From: Paraspadella gotoi | Lineage: Eukaryota > Animalia > Chaetognatha | NCBI GenBank assembly: GCA_051294375.1 | Contig: CM119269.1 | Coordinates: forward strand, 2,021,601 to 2,085,600 | Length of the DNA: 64,000 nucleotides | Direction of reading: 5' to 3' | Shown here: piece after piece, positions 1-11,937 of the stretch | Layout of the letters: each line of letters opens with the position of its first letter | Numbering within the stretch: the stretch's first letter is position 1 | Made by a program: the position numbers and the translations under genes | Notes under the pieces: model-generated | Seen by the model: the letters and a program-made list of their open reading frames with translations, nothing else | Database searches by the model: none | Told to the model about the DNA's origin: nothing

Positions 1-43
1 AAAAAGGTTAATTTTGATCACGTTGACGTTTTTATTGATGCAG

Positions 44-1050
44 TAATCCCGGAGGAAATGGCTCCTTGTCTCACCTCAGCGTCAACACTATGAATCCAAT
101 CATGATATCAGGTACCAACATCACATGTGAACAACATCACATGTGAACAACAGAACATGCAGCATAGATAATATATTTGTCTTGAAGCAACAACGTAAAC
201 AAAAAAGCTTTGATCATTGATAGCGTTTAAAATGCTCCGATTCCATCTTAATTCTTTCTCACAAACCTCTTCTTTGTCACGCGCAGACCGCGAGATCAAG
301 AGCGAGCCGCTCTCTCCCTCGCGCGACCCAAACGCTTCACCGTTTTTGACCGGAAGATCCTCGCGAGCCCAAGAGTCTCGACCTTCGAACGCGGGGCCAT
401 CGCCACTTGGGGACGCCCACGGGGCTGGTGAGTGCGGTTGGGGGCAGGAGCTCGGAGATGGAGCTGGTAAGAGATGAGATCGAAATGAGATCAAGTTTCT
501 CGATCGACTTCTCACATTGTCGCTTTCATTTTCATTCGGATTTCTTAAAAGTTTTGTGAGATAATTGACCTAAGGTTTTATCGAGTTTTTAAATTTTCAT
601 GATTGAATTAGAATTGTTGCCTTAAAAATAGAGTCGAAACATGTCCGTATACAAATAAATTCGTTGATGAAACAAAAATTTCAAACTTTTTCTAAATCTC
701 TAAACTCAACGAAAAGAAAGGAATAATACAAAAATATCTTAAAAAGTATATAGCAATAAAAGTTGAGCCGTAGCGACTGAAGCTCGTTATATTCTAAAGT
801 ATTCGTTCCAGGCATATCGCCCAGCGGCGCCTCCAGCGTCAGCTCTAACTCTAACTGCGGGGCGTCGCCATTGTCGAACGGACCATCGACAGCGCCGCTG
901 AACGGAGCGGCGACCGGACCAGCGAACGGACCCATGAACGGACAACCGTTGGGGATGGCGATCGAGACTAGAAGCGACCACAACGACGACAACGAATCTG
1001 CGACGTCGACCTGCAAAAAACCGCGACTCATCGACAATTGGGCGAATTGA
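44..1050 (+). CDS. MEF2: Myocyte enhancer factor 2, last three coding exons (44-111, 287-427, 812-1050); 5' part lies upstream of the window
   Basis: Phase-compatible AG/GT exons translate ...DREIKSEPLSPSRD...KKPRLIDNWAN*, matching the MEF2 IKSEPxSPxRD phospho-SUMO motif and the C-terminal NLS/Trp motif (cf. vertebrate KRMRLSEGWAT). MADS box not in window. Confidence 0.8.
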
Positions 1051-2819
1051 AGAAAAAAGAAGAAAAGAAAGAAAGAGCGCTGATGGTTTATAACGATATT
1101 TGAACGATTTAAACCGCATCGAGAGCGTACGCTATGAAAAAAAAGTCAATTTAATTGCCAAATTATTTCGCTGGTGCTATCATACTAATGATGGAGAGAT
1201 ATGTAGAAGTAAACATCAGTCACAATTTTTACAATTAAAAATTTGCAAATTTTGAAACATTTCTAAATTTCATTTTTTGATCAACTTGCTAAGAATTTCC
1301 AAGTAAGCATCGCATCTCTGTTTAATATCGAATCCTGTACATTCCTGTCCATAAATTATATGATATCATTGCTCTACGGTTGGGCAGTGGGTACATAGGA
1401 GAAAATTCATCATTGTTTGTCACAACGCGTTAACGGGCTCATTTGAATAAAAGCTATTAAAAAGTGTAATTAAATAAATACTTTGATTTTTTTTTAGTTT
1501 CTACCCTTTTATTAAAGAATTAAAAAAAGAATTTGATCAAAAGGTTGTACCAATTACCATAATAATCAAAACTACTTTCAGTTCGTTGACGTCATATAAT
1601 TGAAATAAGGCCTTGTAAGCCTTTGACTTTTTTTAACTGGTAAGCGAGTGATAGCTTCTATGAAATATTTAAAAGTAATAACTATAAAATTAAATCCCAT
1701 TTCCGTTACAATAATTTATTAATATGGAGTTATTAATAAAATAGCTCTAAGAAGGTACAATTAGACGATTCCATTTATCAAATAGTTGCAACAACGTGAT
1801 AAAACATCTCATGTAAAAATCCATTATAGTTCCTCCTCCGGTTTTATGTCATTAATTAGCTTGCCGAGTTCGAATTGTTATATTCAATAATTGTCCTAGT
1901 CGGAAATCATTTATATATCATTCCTAACGGTTAATCGTTCCAAAGACACTCCTCTTTGTGTTAAAAGTCAATTATTACATGGATACTTCGATTTTTTTTG
2001 GCAGTTTATCTTTACATCCACGTTGTAAAATAGTTTATCCCATTCCATATTACTACCGCTTTTGTAATCTCAATCGTAAAACTACAGCGGAGAACGACTC
2101 GTTCCATTGCTCATTCCTCTGATGTCATTATTGCTACCTTCCTCCGAAATAAAAATAAAAATATGTTGATCACGTTTAGAAACCTTTTTTTGCTTCCTAG
2201 CATTTTAATCTTAGGCTAACTTAGGGTCAACTTAGAAGCAAGATCTAAATGATTAAATTTTCAACAGTATTTTTCTAGTATCACGTAACACTGTAACAAA
2301 ACAAAAGAAACAAATGTTTTTATCGCTGCTACTTGACTCACGTATATGAGACAAACCGAACATAGTTATATTTAGAAGATGATGTTGACGATTAACAATC
2401 GGTCAAAGTTGAGCTGAAGTTTGTCCTGAAAAAAAAAAAAAAAACAAAACAAAAAAACTGAGTACAACGAATTCGCTAGGTCCTAGCCACCAGTTCATTC
2501 GATCGATAGAATAAAATAAGCATCTGGGTCAGGTTTATACAGAGAACTAAATTTGTTGACCACCTCAAACGAAGCTGAGGATTGAATGAACTTTGGGCAT
2601 ACAAACTTGGTTAACTTTCAGTATCCCTGTCAATCCAAATCTCGAAAAGCCGCACAAAAACGCAACTGCCAACAAAGTAAGTACAGCGCGAATATTATTT
2701 TCCTAATTTTTTTTTTTAATTCCTCGCTTTGAGAGACTCATTCTTAACAACACGGATCCTACGGAACAAAATCTCACATTCATTTATTGCTCGATATTTA
2801 TTCGACTTCATTTTTTAAG

Positions 2820-3238
2820 ATGAATTCTTCCTCCGCCTACGACCGCTATAGCCTTTCTAACGAAGGTCCAAAGCCAATTGGTCCCGCCGAGACGGAACAT
2901 CTTGGGAGAGTGGAGACGAACAATTTTACGTGGGCCAAAGAGTTGACATCTTCGACGCCTCTTCCGAGTCCGACCGAGACGCACCCTACCGCCGATCCCT
3001 CGTCCGCCCTTACCGGCGTCGTTTTCGGCCTCATCGTATTTTTTTTGGTCTTCTCGATCATACGTTTAAGTAAAATAACAAAATTTCACATATTTTTTTA
3101 TATTATGAATACTAACTGGTATTTCTTTTTTCATAAGTCCAAACCGCCATAATAAGCCGTGACATTCGCCGCCAGATCGAGGCGGCGATGGAGATGGACG
3201 TTCGTCCTCGGCGTCGAAACAGGAGTGACAGTAATTAA
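2820..3238 (+). CDS. Small single-pass membrane protein, unknown function (exons 2820-~3068, 3138-3238; ~115 aa)
   Basis: CpG-rich ORF with an acceptor directly before ATG, S/T/P-rich N-terminus, hydrophobic stretch ALTGVVFGLIVFFLVFSII, phase-1 intron, basic tail RPRRRNRSDSN*, AATAAA at ~3380. Exact donor ambiguous. Confidence 0.55.
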
Positions 3239-4417
3239 AACGTCGACATACTTCGAATCCAATTTCAACTGTGTATATACTGTATAAAATTAGAATTTTA
3301 TAATTTCGGTAGAATATTTTTTTTAATACTGTTTTTCGCCAGCTATCTTGATGGTTTCTTGAACTCTACCTGATTTGCAAATAAAAAAAATGTATTGTAA
3401 CAATACAGGCACTACGTTGAGTCTTAACGCCTCGTGGTTTTATTACTAATCGATTGCACGCATGTAATAAAATCAATTATGAATTTCTTTATATTGCTAA
3501 TTCTAAAATATTATAAATAATAAAAAGTTTCGTTTTGAAAAATTTTTTTTTCTTTTTTATATTTCCAATGGAATGCTCATTGACATTGCCAGACCACAAC
3601 ATTTACTTTTAAATGGAGAATAATGGATTTTAAGCAGTCGCATATAATTCATATATTTATAAATATTCAAGCTTATCGATATAAAAATTTTGTTTATTTG
3701 CTCCAATTCTTTGATCAAAAGGGGCGAATTGACTATTCTATAAAAATAAAAAAAGAACATAATATTTTTTTTTTTTTTAATTGAACTAAAACTAAAAAAA
3801 ATAACGAGGTTCCTAAATTTCTAATGAATATCTGAATTGGGTTAATTAGCGCAAAACTTAATTTGTTTGACAGGTATTAGTAATAAGTAACTGGTAATTC
3901 CGGGATAAAGGAACAGATTGGCGCTTTGGAAAAAGATGCAATTTGCAATTTGCCAATATATCATTTTGTTGAATTTAAAAACCCTAAGCAATGCTCGTCG
4001 AAGCGATTAATAGTAACATGACAATGAAATTTAATTTATAAGAAAAAGTAATTTCTTATTTGGTTATTTTATATTAAATTCAGAAAAAAAGAACGAATCT
4101 TTAGCTAAATTAATCACTCATTACCGAAAAAAGTTCGCAGACTTACTTAGGTTTTTAAATGAAACTAATTATTCAATAAATGTTTTCATTGAGATTTTTT
4201 CAAAATTTTTTCAACTAGTTTTTTTAAAAGTCATTCGAATCGACGCGGTCATTCACAACATACACAGTACGTTAATATGTAAATTTAGATATATTGTAAT
4301 AATCGTAATAATACGTTTTTTAATAAAAACAAATCGTTGCTGCCATCTTTTGTAAATTTAGTTTAAAATTTCTAGTTTAATAGTTATCAATAAGACAAAA
4401 AGACAACGGCACCTCGA

Positions 4418-4762
4418 TCAGCAATGCGGCCAAAGAGAGCTGGCCGACACGCGCAGGCTGTTGTGGCAACCCTGGCGGTAATCGGCGAGCTTTTCCAGGG
4501 CGTCCCGCTCCTGGCACTCCTTCTCGATGCTCATGAGATCATTGTAGGCCCACTGGTAGTAGGCTTCGCGATTCGACGCGGTGTTCAGATCGAAGGGAAC
4601 CGATGCTGCCGCGATGAAGGAAGGGCCTTCTCCGTCAGCTTCGTATTCGCTGGAGCCGCGTTCGTCGGCGGCATCGCCGGCGGTGCTGGATTCCTCGCAG
4701 CCGCAGCAGCGCAGGAGACGGGATATGGGAAGGAGGAACCATTCAATCATCGACGCCGCCAT
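4418..4762 (-). CDS. Small orphan protein (114 aa) with N-terminal CCGC motif
   Basis: GC/CpG-rich ORF MAASMIEWFLLPISRLLRCCGCEES...SLWPHC* in AT-rich flanks; polypyrimidine tract plus AG directly before the ATG. No recognisable domain. Confidence 0.5.
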   Translation of the reverse strand: MAASMIEWFLLPISRLLRCCGCEESSTAGDAADERGSSEYEADGEGPSFIAAASVPFDLNTASNREAYYQWAYNDLMSIEKECQERDALEKLADYRQGCHNSLRVSASSLWPHC

Positions 4763-5242
4763 CTTGAAATTAAAAAAAAAGGGGGTAGGTGAGGATCGAG
4801 AAATAAAAATGATTGCTTTGAATGAAAGAATTAATGATGCATGAAACCGCGATTTGCTCTCGGACTGTAAGTGTGCCATTCACGTTTTGTTATTTCTCTT
4901 ACTTCCACTGAAGATGACATGTGTAGAAACATGTGTCGAAATATATGGAAAATTATTATTATTTTTTTCTTTTTTGGACGGCACTCCATTATGCGTTTGA
5001 GCGGTTTTATCATTATGAAAATTTGCAAATTACTTGTTTCACTATTTTCTATTTTTCTATTTTAATATTTTAATATTTTTATATAATATATTAACTGTTA
5101 ATTTTAAGCTACATAGTTACATAGTTTCTTTTCGCAACGGAATCATTCTGGTCATCTTCATCAATTGAATAAGATGGGTCACATAACTTTTCAAAGGCCC
5201 CTCCGTATCAGTGACCCTTAATTTTTTTGGGTTTTCTGTTGA

Positions 5243-6024
5243 TTTTTAGTCGGATCTGCTTATCAGCAGATCCCGACTCTATAATTCACTTTGTCGGTTC
5301 CTTGTTTTCCCGTTCTGCTCTCTTCTCCGGCCATTCAAAATATTGAGTGTTTAGGGCCAACATTTAATAATTCCTAAAGTTAACAGAAACAAATCGATTT
5401 ATGATCAAACTATGTATTGCAAAAATACAATGAGATGTATCCTTCATTGCACCGTCTGGTTCCGTCTGTCTGTTCTGTCCTGGTCTGATCTGATTCCGTC
5501 TAAGGGGAAATACGCCTGTTTCTACGAATCCCAATCCGATATATTGAGACTAAAAAACTCTAATTACTCTGTGATTGTGATTGGATGGATTGGTATGAAA
5601 TTTTGTGTGTGGGTAGGAAACTGTGTGATTGAGATGGATATAAAGTTTCGAGGAATCGTACGAGTGGAAATTGGTTTAAATGGAAAAAACAAAAAAATAT
5701 ATTTCACTTTTTGAACGCCAATTGCTCATGAGTAGATAAGGGGCAATTGACTTAAAAATTTTGTATGATGGAAGAAAGTGTGTGTGATTGAGCTTGATAT
5801 AAAGTTTCGATGGAATCGTGCGAGTGGAAATGAGTTGAGCAATTATCATGTTATTGATCAATATTATGTGATCAAAATGTATGACCAAATTATGTCAGAG
5901 TTGACCAAATTGTCAGTGACCCAAATTAGTCAGTTGACCAAAATTATGCAAGTTGACCAAAGTTAGCTTATTACCACTTAATTATCAGTAGGCAGATCCG
6001 ACATTGTTTGCTCAAACTTGTTTT
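5243..6024 (+). mobile_element. Helentron-associated (HINE/DINE-1-like) non-autonomous element, copy 1
   Basis: 5' hairpin GTCGGATCTGC-TTATCA-GCAGATCC(C)GAC, internal TCTG/TCCG microsatellite, 3' sub-terminal GCAGATCCGAC followed by a short stem-loop and T-run. Confidence 0.55.
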
Positions 6025-6030
6025 CCCTCT

Positions 6031-6860
6031 TTTTAGTCGGAATCTGCTTATCAGCAGATCCGACCTCTTAATTCACTTTGTCGTCCGCCCCCTCACATTG
6101 TCGGGCAATAACTTATATCATGTCAGAACATCGAATTATGATAAATTATGCATTAGTAAGTTTGCTGATGAAGACTCTAAATACTAAAGAGTCGAAAACA
6201 TGTACATTAATAAAAATAAAAAAATTGTTATTACAAACGAATTTTTCGTTTCATCTTAAGATATATGCAAAAAATGATGTCCGTCCGTCCGTCCGTCCGT
6301 CCGTCCGTCCGTCCACCTTAGCAAAAAACACCAATTACTCCGTGATTGGATGGATGGATTATCTAGAAACATCGAATTATGATAAATTATGCTGCGATAA
6401 TCCTTTCTTTTTCGTTGTTTTAGGTATTAGAGAGAGCAAAGAATTTTTAACAAACGAATTTTATTAAAAATCGTTAAATTCAAAAAATTCTTTGCTCTCT
6501 CTGATAAATTATGGCAAAAAAAATGATCGTCTGTCCTCCGTCCGTCCGTCCGTCCGTCCACCTTAGCAAAAAACACCAATTACTCGTGATTGGATGGATG
6601 GATTTGAATAAAATTTTGTGTGTGGATAGCTAAGTGTGTGATTGAGCTGGATATGAAGTTTCGATGGAATCGTCCGAGTAGAAATGAGTTTAAATAGAAA
6701 AAACAAAAAAAATATATTCACTATTTGAACACCAATTGCTCATGAGTGGATGGGCTGATTGACCTGGAATTTTGTATGTGGGTAGGAAAAGTGTGTGATT
6801 AAATAGGAAAATCAAGTTTCGATGGAATAGTTTGAGTGGAAATGAGTTTAAAAAACCTGT
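6031..6860 (+). mobile_element. HINE/DINE-1-like element, tandem copy 2 (3' end missing, internal duplication)
   Basis: Same 5' hairpin and core as 5243-6024 (GTGTGTGATTGAGCTGGATATGAAGTTTCGATGGAATCG), with (GTCC)n at ~6280 and ~6540. Confidence 0.55.
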
Positions 6861-6895
6861 TTCACTGATTGATTATGTTTTTTTTTTTTTCCTTT

Positions 6896-7074
6896 TGTTT
6901 TGAACTAAGTTCGGAGAGTGGTTTCATTGACTTGCTAAATTTTCCGGGCTAACTCTACGCCAAATAAAGCGTAATGCCACAAATTACCAACGCTTATATT
7001 AGGCGTTAGAGTAAGTGACGAGAAAATTTATAGCAAGTCAATGAACCGACATCCTCCGAACTTAGTTCAAAACA
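6896..7074. repeat. Long imperfect palindrome (foldback/MITE-like)
   Basis: TGTTTTGAACTAAGTTCGGAG pairs with CTCCGAACTTAGTTCAAAACA and TTCATTGACTTGCTA with TAGCAAGTCAATGAA; pairing continues toward the centre. Confidence 0.8.
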
Positions 7075-8751
7075 TTAGAAGTTCCATTAAACTAAAAAAC
7101 AGCACAAAAAAAGAAAACGAAAAAACTAAAACTTTCACTGTTCTGACATCCAAACTGACGAATTTTAGATCATGCCGATGAAGATTTTTCCATTCAGTCC
7201 GCACGAACGCGCGCGCGCGACGTGCAGAGTGTTGCAAGAACACTTCACTAATGCAATGAGACCCTACGCTCTGTACAGACATTGGTCATCGGTCGTCAAA
7301 GGAGAAATCGAAGCCTGGCCGACCTCGAGATCCGGATGGAGGAAATGAGATGTCAGCTGGCGTTGAAGTAGAAATCATTGGCATCACACGCCAAGAACGA
7401 TGGAATTGTTTCAGTTTCGTCTCGGAGGGGAGCCGAGAGAAGGCCAAGAGGGCCGTCGACGCGCTCTCTAACTCTCTCCGCCTGATCCATTAGATTGGAG
7501 GTGGAGTGATGAAGAGACGATTGAGTGATTGAAACAATTTATTTTTTTGCTAGCCTATGGACATCTATATTCTAGTAATGAATTTTAAATGCCTTTTAAA
7601 AAAAAATTTTAGCATAACAGTATGCAAATTCAATTATTTATGTATGTAATTATCCTTTATAAAGTCGTCAAATTATAAATAATTTTTTTTTTATTTAAAA
7701 AACTGATTTGGATTCACTGTAAAAAACTAAGAAACTTTTTATACCCAATATGTTATATGATATTTTAATGTTTAGATCACAAAAAATGACTAAAACGTTT
7801 TAACCATATAATAAGTTTCTACTACAAGAGAATAAAAAAAGTTCAGGATATTTGTCACCTTTTTTTCTAATTTTAAACATTGTAATGATGACAGATAATT
7901 TCCATTTACCGACTTTCTTGTTTTAATTATTTTCTTGATTTCAATACTTTATTATGTACGACATCTTTGTTATATATTCTTTTAATTAAACATTTAAATT
8001 AAACTATAATTTTTTTATCTCGACATTTGAGCTTATTTTATAGGAAGGATAGGGTTACCATAAATAACAAATAACTAACTTTTTATTTAGTTTTTTTATA
8101 GGGCTACTATCACTGTTTTCCTCAGTATGTATTTATTTCACATAGGGAAACTCAAATATTATTTTGTACTCAGTTATAATAAGCATACTCTCTTAATCTA
8201 TCAACTATCTAAATCACGTCATATTTGTTCCGCATATACTCCATTTCAAATAAAATAAATTTTTTTCGATTACATATCTGCTCGTCCTCACTTCTCACTC
8301 TCGTCCATGGCGCCGGTCTATGATGCTCAATAGATGAGGACGACAAAGTCTCGGCCGCAAAGGCGAAGCCCAGGACTTGACAAGTAGTAGTTTAAAGTGA
8401 GTAAGTTGTGTTAAGTAGAAGTAAGAGTTGTGTAAAGTTGAAGAGTGAAGAGAGAAGAGTTAAAGTGAAGTTGTGTAAAGTGTAAAGAGTGAAGTAAAGT
8501 GGTGAAGAGTTGAAGTTGAAGAGAAGTTAGAAGTCTTGTTTCTGAAGCCAAAATAGTAACAAAAAGTTGCTTCTCTCACAGGAAAGTCCACCAATCCAGC
8601 AATTACCAAATAGTTTCTAAAAACTAAAGATTCCGAGATTTCTAGAAAACTGAAAGTGCAAGAATGACAGATCTTATCGTTCACATCGATAAATCGTAAT
8701 TAGAATCTATCGAAATCCGATGAACCCAATCAGAATCCGCCACGGAATCTG

Positions 8752-11370
8752 TACTTAAGGCCTGGCATCACTGTGGTCACTGTCACTGGTCCCAATTCTA
8801 TGAGAGGGATTTTTTAAATTCACTTATCTTCATAAGAAAAAAAAAAAGAATAATACAATTTTGGCATTAAATCCTAAATATCTTGAAAACTAAGTAACAT
8901 TTTCCAAAATCCCTCTCATAGAATTTCTCCCACCTTTCCATACTTATAAAAATAAATTTTAGTTTATTTTTATTTCAAACGGTTTTAGCTCCAACTCTTT
9001 TTGTTTATTATTTTTTATTTTTTATTTTTTTTCTGTAAATTTTACAGAACTGAAAGTCGAGCAAAGAACTTTAAAATTCGTTTACGCTTTTTCCGAAATC
9101 TATTTTCATTTCTAGTTTAAAATGATGGCTTTACCGATCTTTAAAAGTGGGGGATGAGCGATCGTTGTCTAAAACGTCATTGGGTTTGGTATAGTCAAAT
9201 TTGGTAGGCTGTCGGATAACGATGGAAAGCGATAGAGACATACACTGCATAATGTCGAGTGTCATAGATCCGGACAATCAGCGTTCAAAAGCTGAAGTGC
9301 GCCAGAAGAAAGCGAATCGCAAAGAAATCGCTTCTTCAAAGACGGGAGTCGAACTTTCCTTTAAAAATCAGAGCTCGTTTTGATCCAACAAAGATTACGT
9401 GACTAATGCGTAGTACTAAGCTTTATAACCGGCGCACAGTGAGATCCTGGGGCCTGAATTTTAAAGAAAAATCCCATTTCAGGTATAAAAATATTTTTTT
9501 TATTATATATTATTATAAAAATAATTTTTTAAAAATTATTTAAATATTAAAATAATAAAACAAATTTTTTCTATTTTAAATAAATAAAAAAATATTTTAT
9601 AATAAACAATATATATATTATCAAGATTATATATATAATAAATAATAATAATAATGAATAATACAATAAATAATAATGAAAAATAATAATTATAATTAAA
9701 AAATACAATTAAAAATTAATATTGATATTTTATTATTGATTATTATTTTATTATTATTGTTATTATTATTAATTATTTTATTATTTTATTAAAATAAAAA
9801 AATAAATTTTTTTTTGATTATTTATTTAATAATGATTATTATATTTTATTTAAAATTTAAAATTGTATTTTAATCTTATATTTTTAATCATACCATGAAT
9901 AAAAAAAAATTTGCAGTTTTAAAAAATTACTAATTTTATAAAAATATAATTTTTTTATACATATATACTTTTAATATATAGTACTACTTTCTTCAGATTG
10001 AATCAAAAAGATTTATTTTAATACTATAATTATATTGTATAATATTTTTATATATATATAATAATATAAAAACTTTAAAAATTTAATTTTCAGGGCATTT
10101 GGACTCACAAGCAATACACTGTGCGACGGATTTTGTTGTTTTAAACTGAGTTTTATTGGACTTTTTTTTTAAATTTTGTATATTATATTGAGAAACGCTT
10201 TTGAATTAAGCCTGCGCTCTAAAACCTGATTTGAATGTAAAATCAATACAGTGTTCTGGTCATATATGTTCAATAATTGAGAAAAAATGAAGGCTTGACT
10301 ATGCAGTTTCTACTTAAAAAACCAGTTCATTTGATTGCTTTATCAGTAATTAAGATTGGCCAAGAATTTTAATTTAGGCTTTTTTTCATCATGTAGAGAA
10401 GACAATTAAGGTTTCGGAAACTGTACTAATATGTATGATTTGGTCTTTTTTACTCAAGAGCCAGGAGGTTCTTGGATAGGGAAAAAACGGCCTGACCAGT
10501 CAATATTAAATACCATTTTGGGCATGATAAAATGGGAAATTCCGATCGCGGCGTCTACCTCCATTGGCTTCCCAAGACGCCCAAGCTTTTCGAAATCTGC
10601 CCATATTGCATGATTTGTTTGGCCTTGAGCTAATGCAGTTTTGAAAAGAACGTGAAATATAAAGGAATCTTGTAGCGGGGCTTGATTCGTAAACGAATGC
10701 TGCATCTCATTTAAATTTTTATCAAATTTTGTACATTTTTTTTTAAAATTAACAAATGGCTGTGGCGGGGAAAGCAGTCAGTAAACAAGAGGAATGCTGC
10801 AAAGTGTTTATTTATTTTTTCTCAGTCTTGTTTTGAACCAGTTTTTGAACCTGGGGAACGAGAAACTAAATGTCAAAAGCAGAGCATGGAGCTGGTCCGT
10901 CTGTGGAATCTGGCAGTCTATGGCACCATTGAGGGTTGTTATCAAAGTGGACCCAACTTCAGATGCCAGGGGACGAATGTCTTTTAATTTGACAATTTTA
11001 TAATTTTAACATCTCTTTTTTTGTAATAAAATGATAATAGACATCCTTAATCCTTATAAAGCGTTCTGCTCTCTCTCTTACATTAAACGTTTATGTTTCA
11101 TCATTAATTGATTCTATAACATAATTGGAATGACTTGGTTTAGTTGTTAGTATTACACTGAGGTAGGTGCTGTTAATTGAAAAAAAAAATAAAAATTTGC
11201 GTTTACTGATAAAAAAATTGCGCCGATTTTAGTTGCCTCTTGAAGCTGAACCTTAATCAAATTTAGAGTTTTTTTTTGAAACGTGAAGGGAATACACTTT
11301 CTTTGACATAATAATAAATTGTACAAAGCTTTATGGCAATTCTTGTTTGAATGATCCCAGGCCTTAAGTA
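8752..11370. mobile_element. Putative TIR DNA-transposon relic (~2.6 kb) containing nested elements
   Basis: TACTTAAGGCCTGGCATCA (8752-8770) vs TGATCCCAGGCCTTAAGTA (11352-11370): 18/19 inverted match, with TTAA (or TA) at both ends. Inner 20-bp inverted repeat at 8794-8925; degenerate minus-strand ORF pieces at ~10450-10990. Confidence 0.45.
9435..10123. mobile_element. Transib/RAG-like non-autonomous element with CACAGTG termini
   Basis: CACAGTG at 9435 and CACTGTG ending at 10123; flanks CGGCG / CGACG (5-bp GC-rich TSD, 1 mismatch); second inverted block CCTGAAWWTTAAA; extremely AT-rich interior. Confidence 0.6.
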
Positions 11371-11630
11371 TATATATATAACCAAAAGTCTAAATCAAAA
11401 GATGTCTCTGTAATCGCTGAAAAGTTGGCAATTCTTGCGTCAGTAAAAAAGACAAAAGAGCATCGGGAAAAGGTGAAGAAGCTGGATTTCTTCGTGATAT
11501 AAAGATAGTTATTTCGTAACACCTTTTATATTAAATGTATAATTAAAGTGAGTGAAGAAGCTCGATATAGAGTTTTGACGGAATGCAAGTTAAAAAAATC
11601 TTAAAAGCATAAGGATCGTCCCAATTGCAT

Positions 11631-11671
<41 letters not shown>

Positions 11672-11900
11672 AGAGAGAGGAGAGAGAGAGAAAAGGAAAG
11701 AGAGAGAGAAGTGAGAGAGAGAGAGAGAGAGAAGGAGACATAAAATAAAATAGAGGATATTTGTTTGTTTTGATAAAATGTAAACAAAACATTTAATAAC
11801 TGTCCTGACTCAATTTTTAAGGACATCGATGATGACAAGCTGAAATAAATTATAATTAATTATTAAAATTAATTTAATTAATTAATTAATTATTATCGTG

Positions 11901-11937
11901 AGGCAAGATCCCGACATTGTTTGCTCAAACTTGTTTT
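11901..11937 (+). mobile_element. Isolated 3' end of the HINE-like family
   Basis: GGCAAGATCCCGACATTGTTTGCTCAAACTTGTTTT, nearly identical to 5990-6024. Confidence 0.6.

Noticed and set aside
7200-7530. GC-rich island with short open frames, faintly like a THAP RVCxxHF motif
   Set aside because: No intact motif or convincing exon chain; probably a transposon remnant.
8340-8540. Hairpin plus purine-rich GAAGT repeats
   Set aside because: Possible Helentron-type end, but single copy and boundaries unclear.
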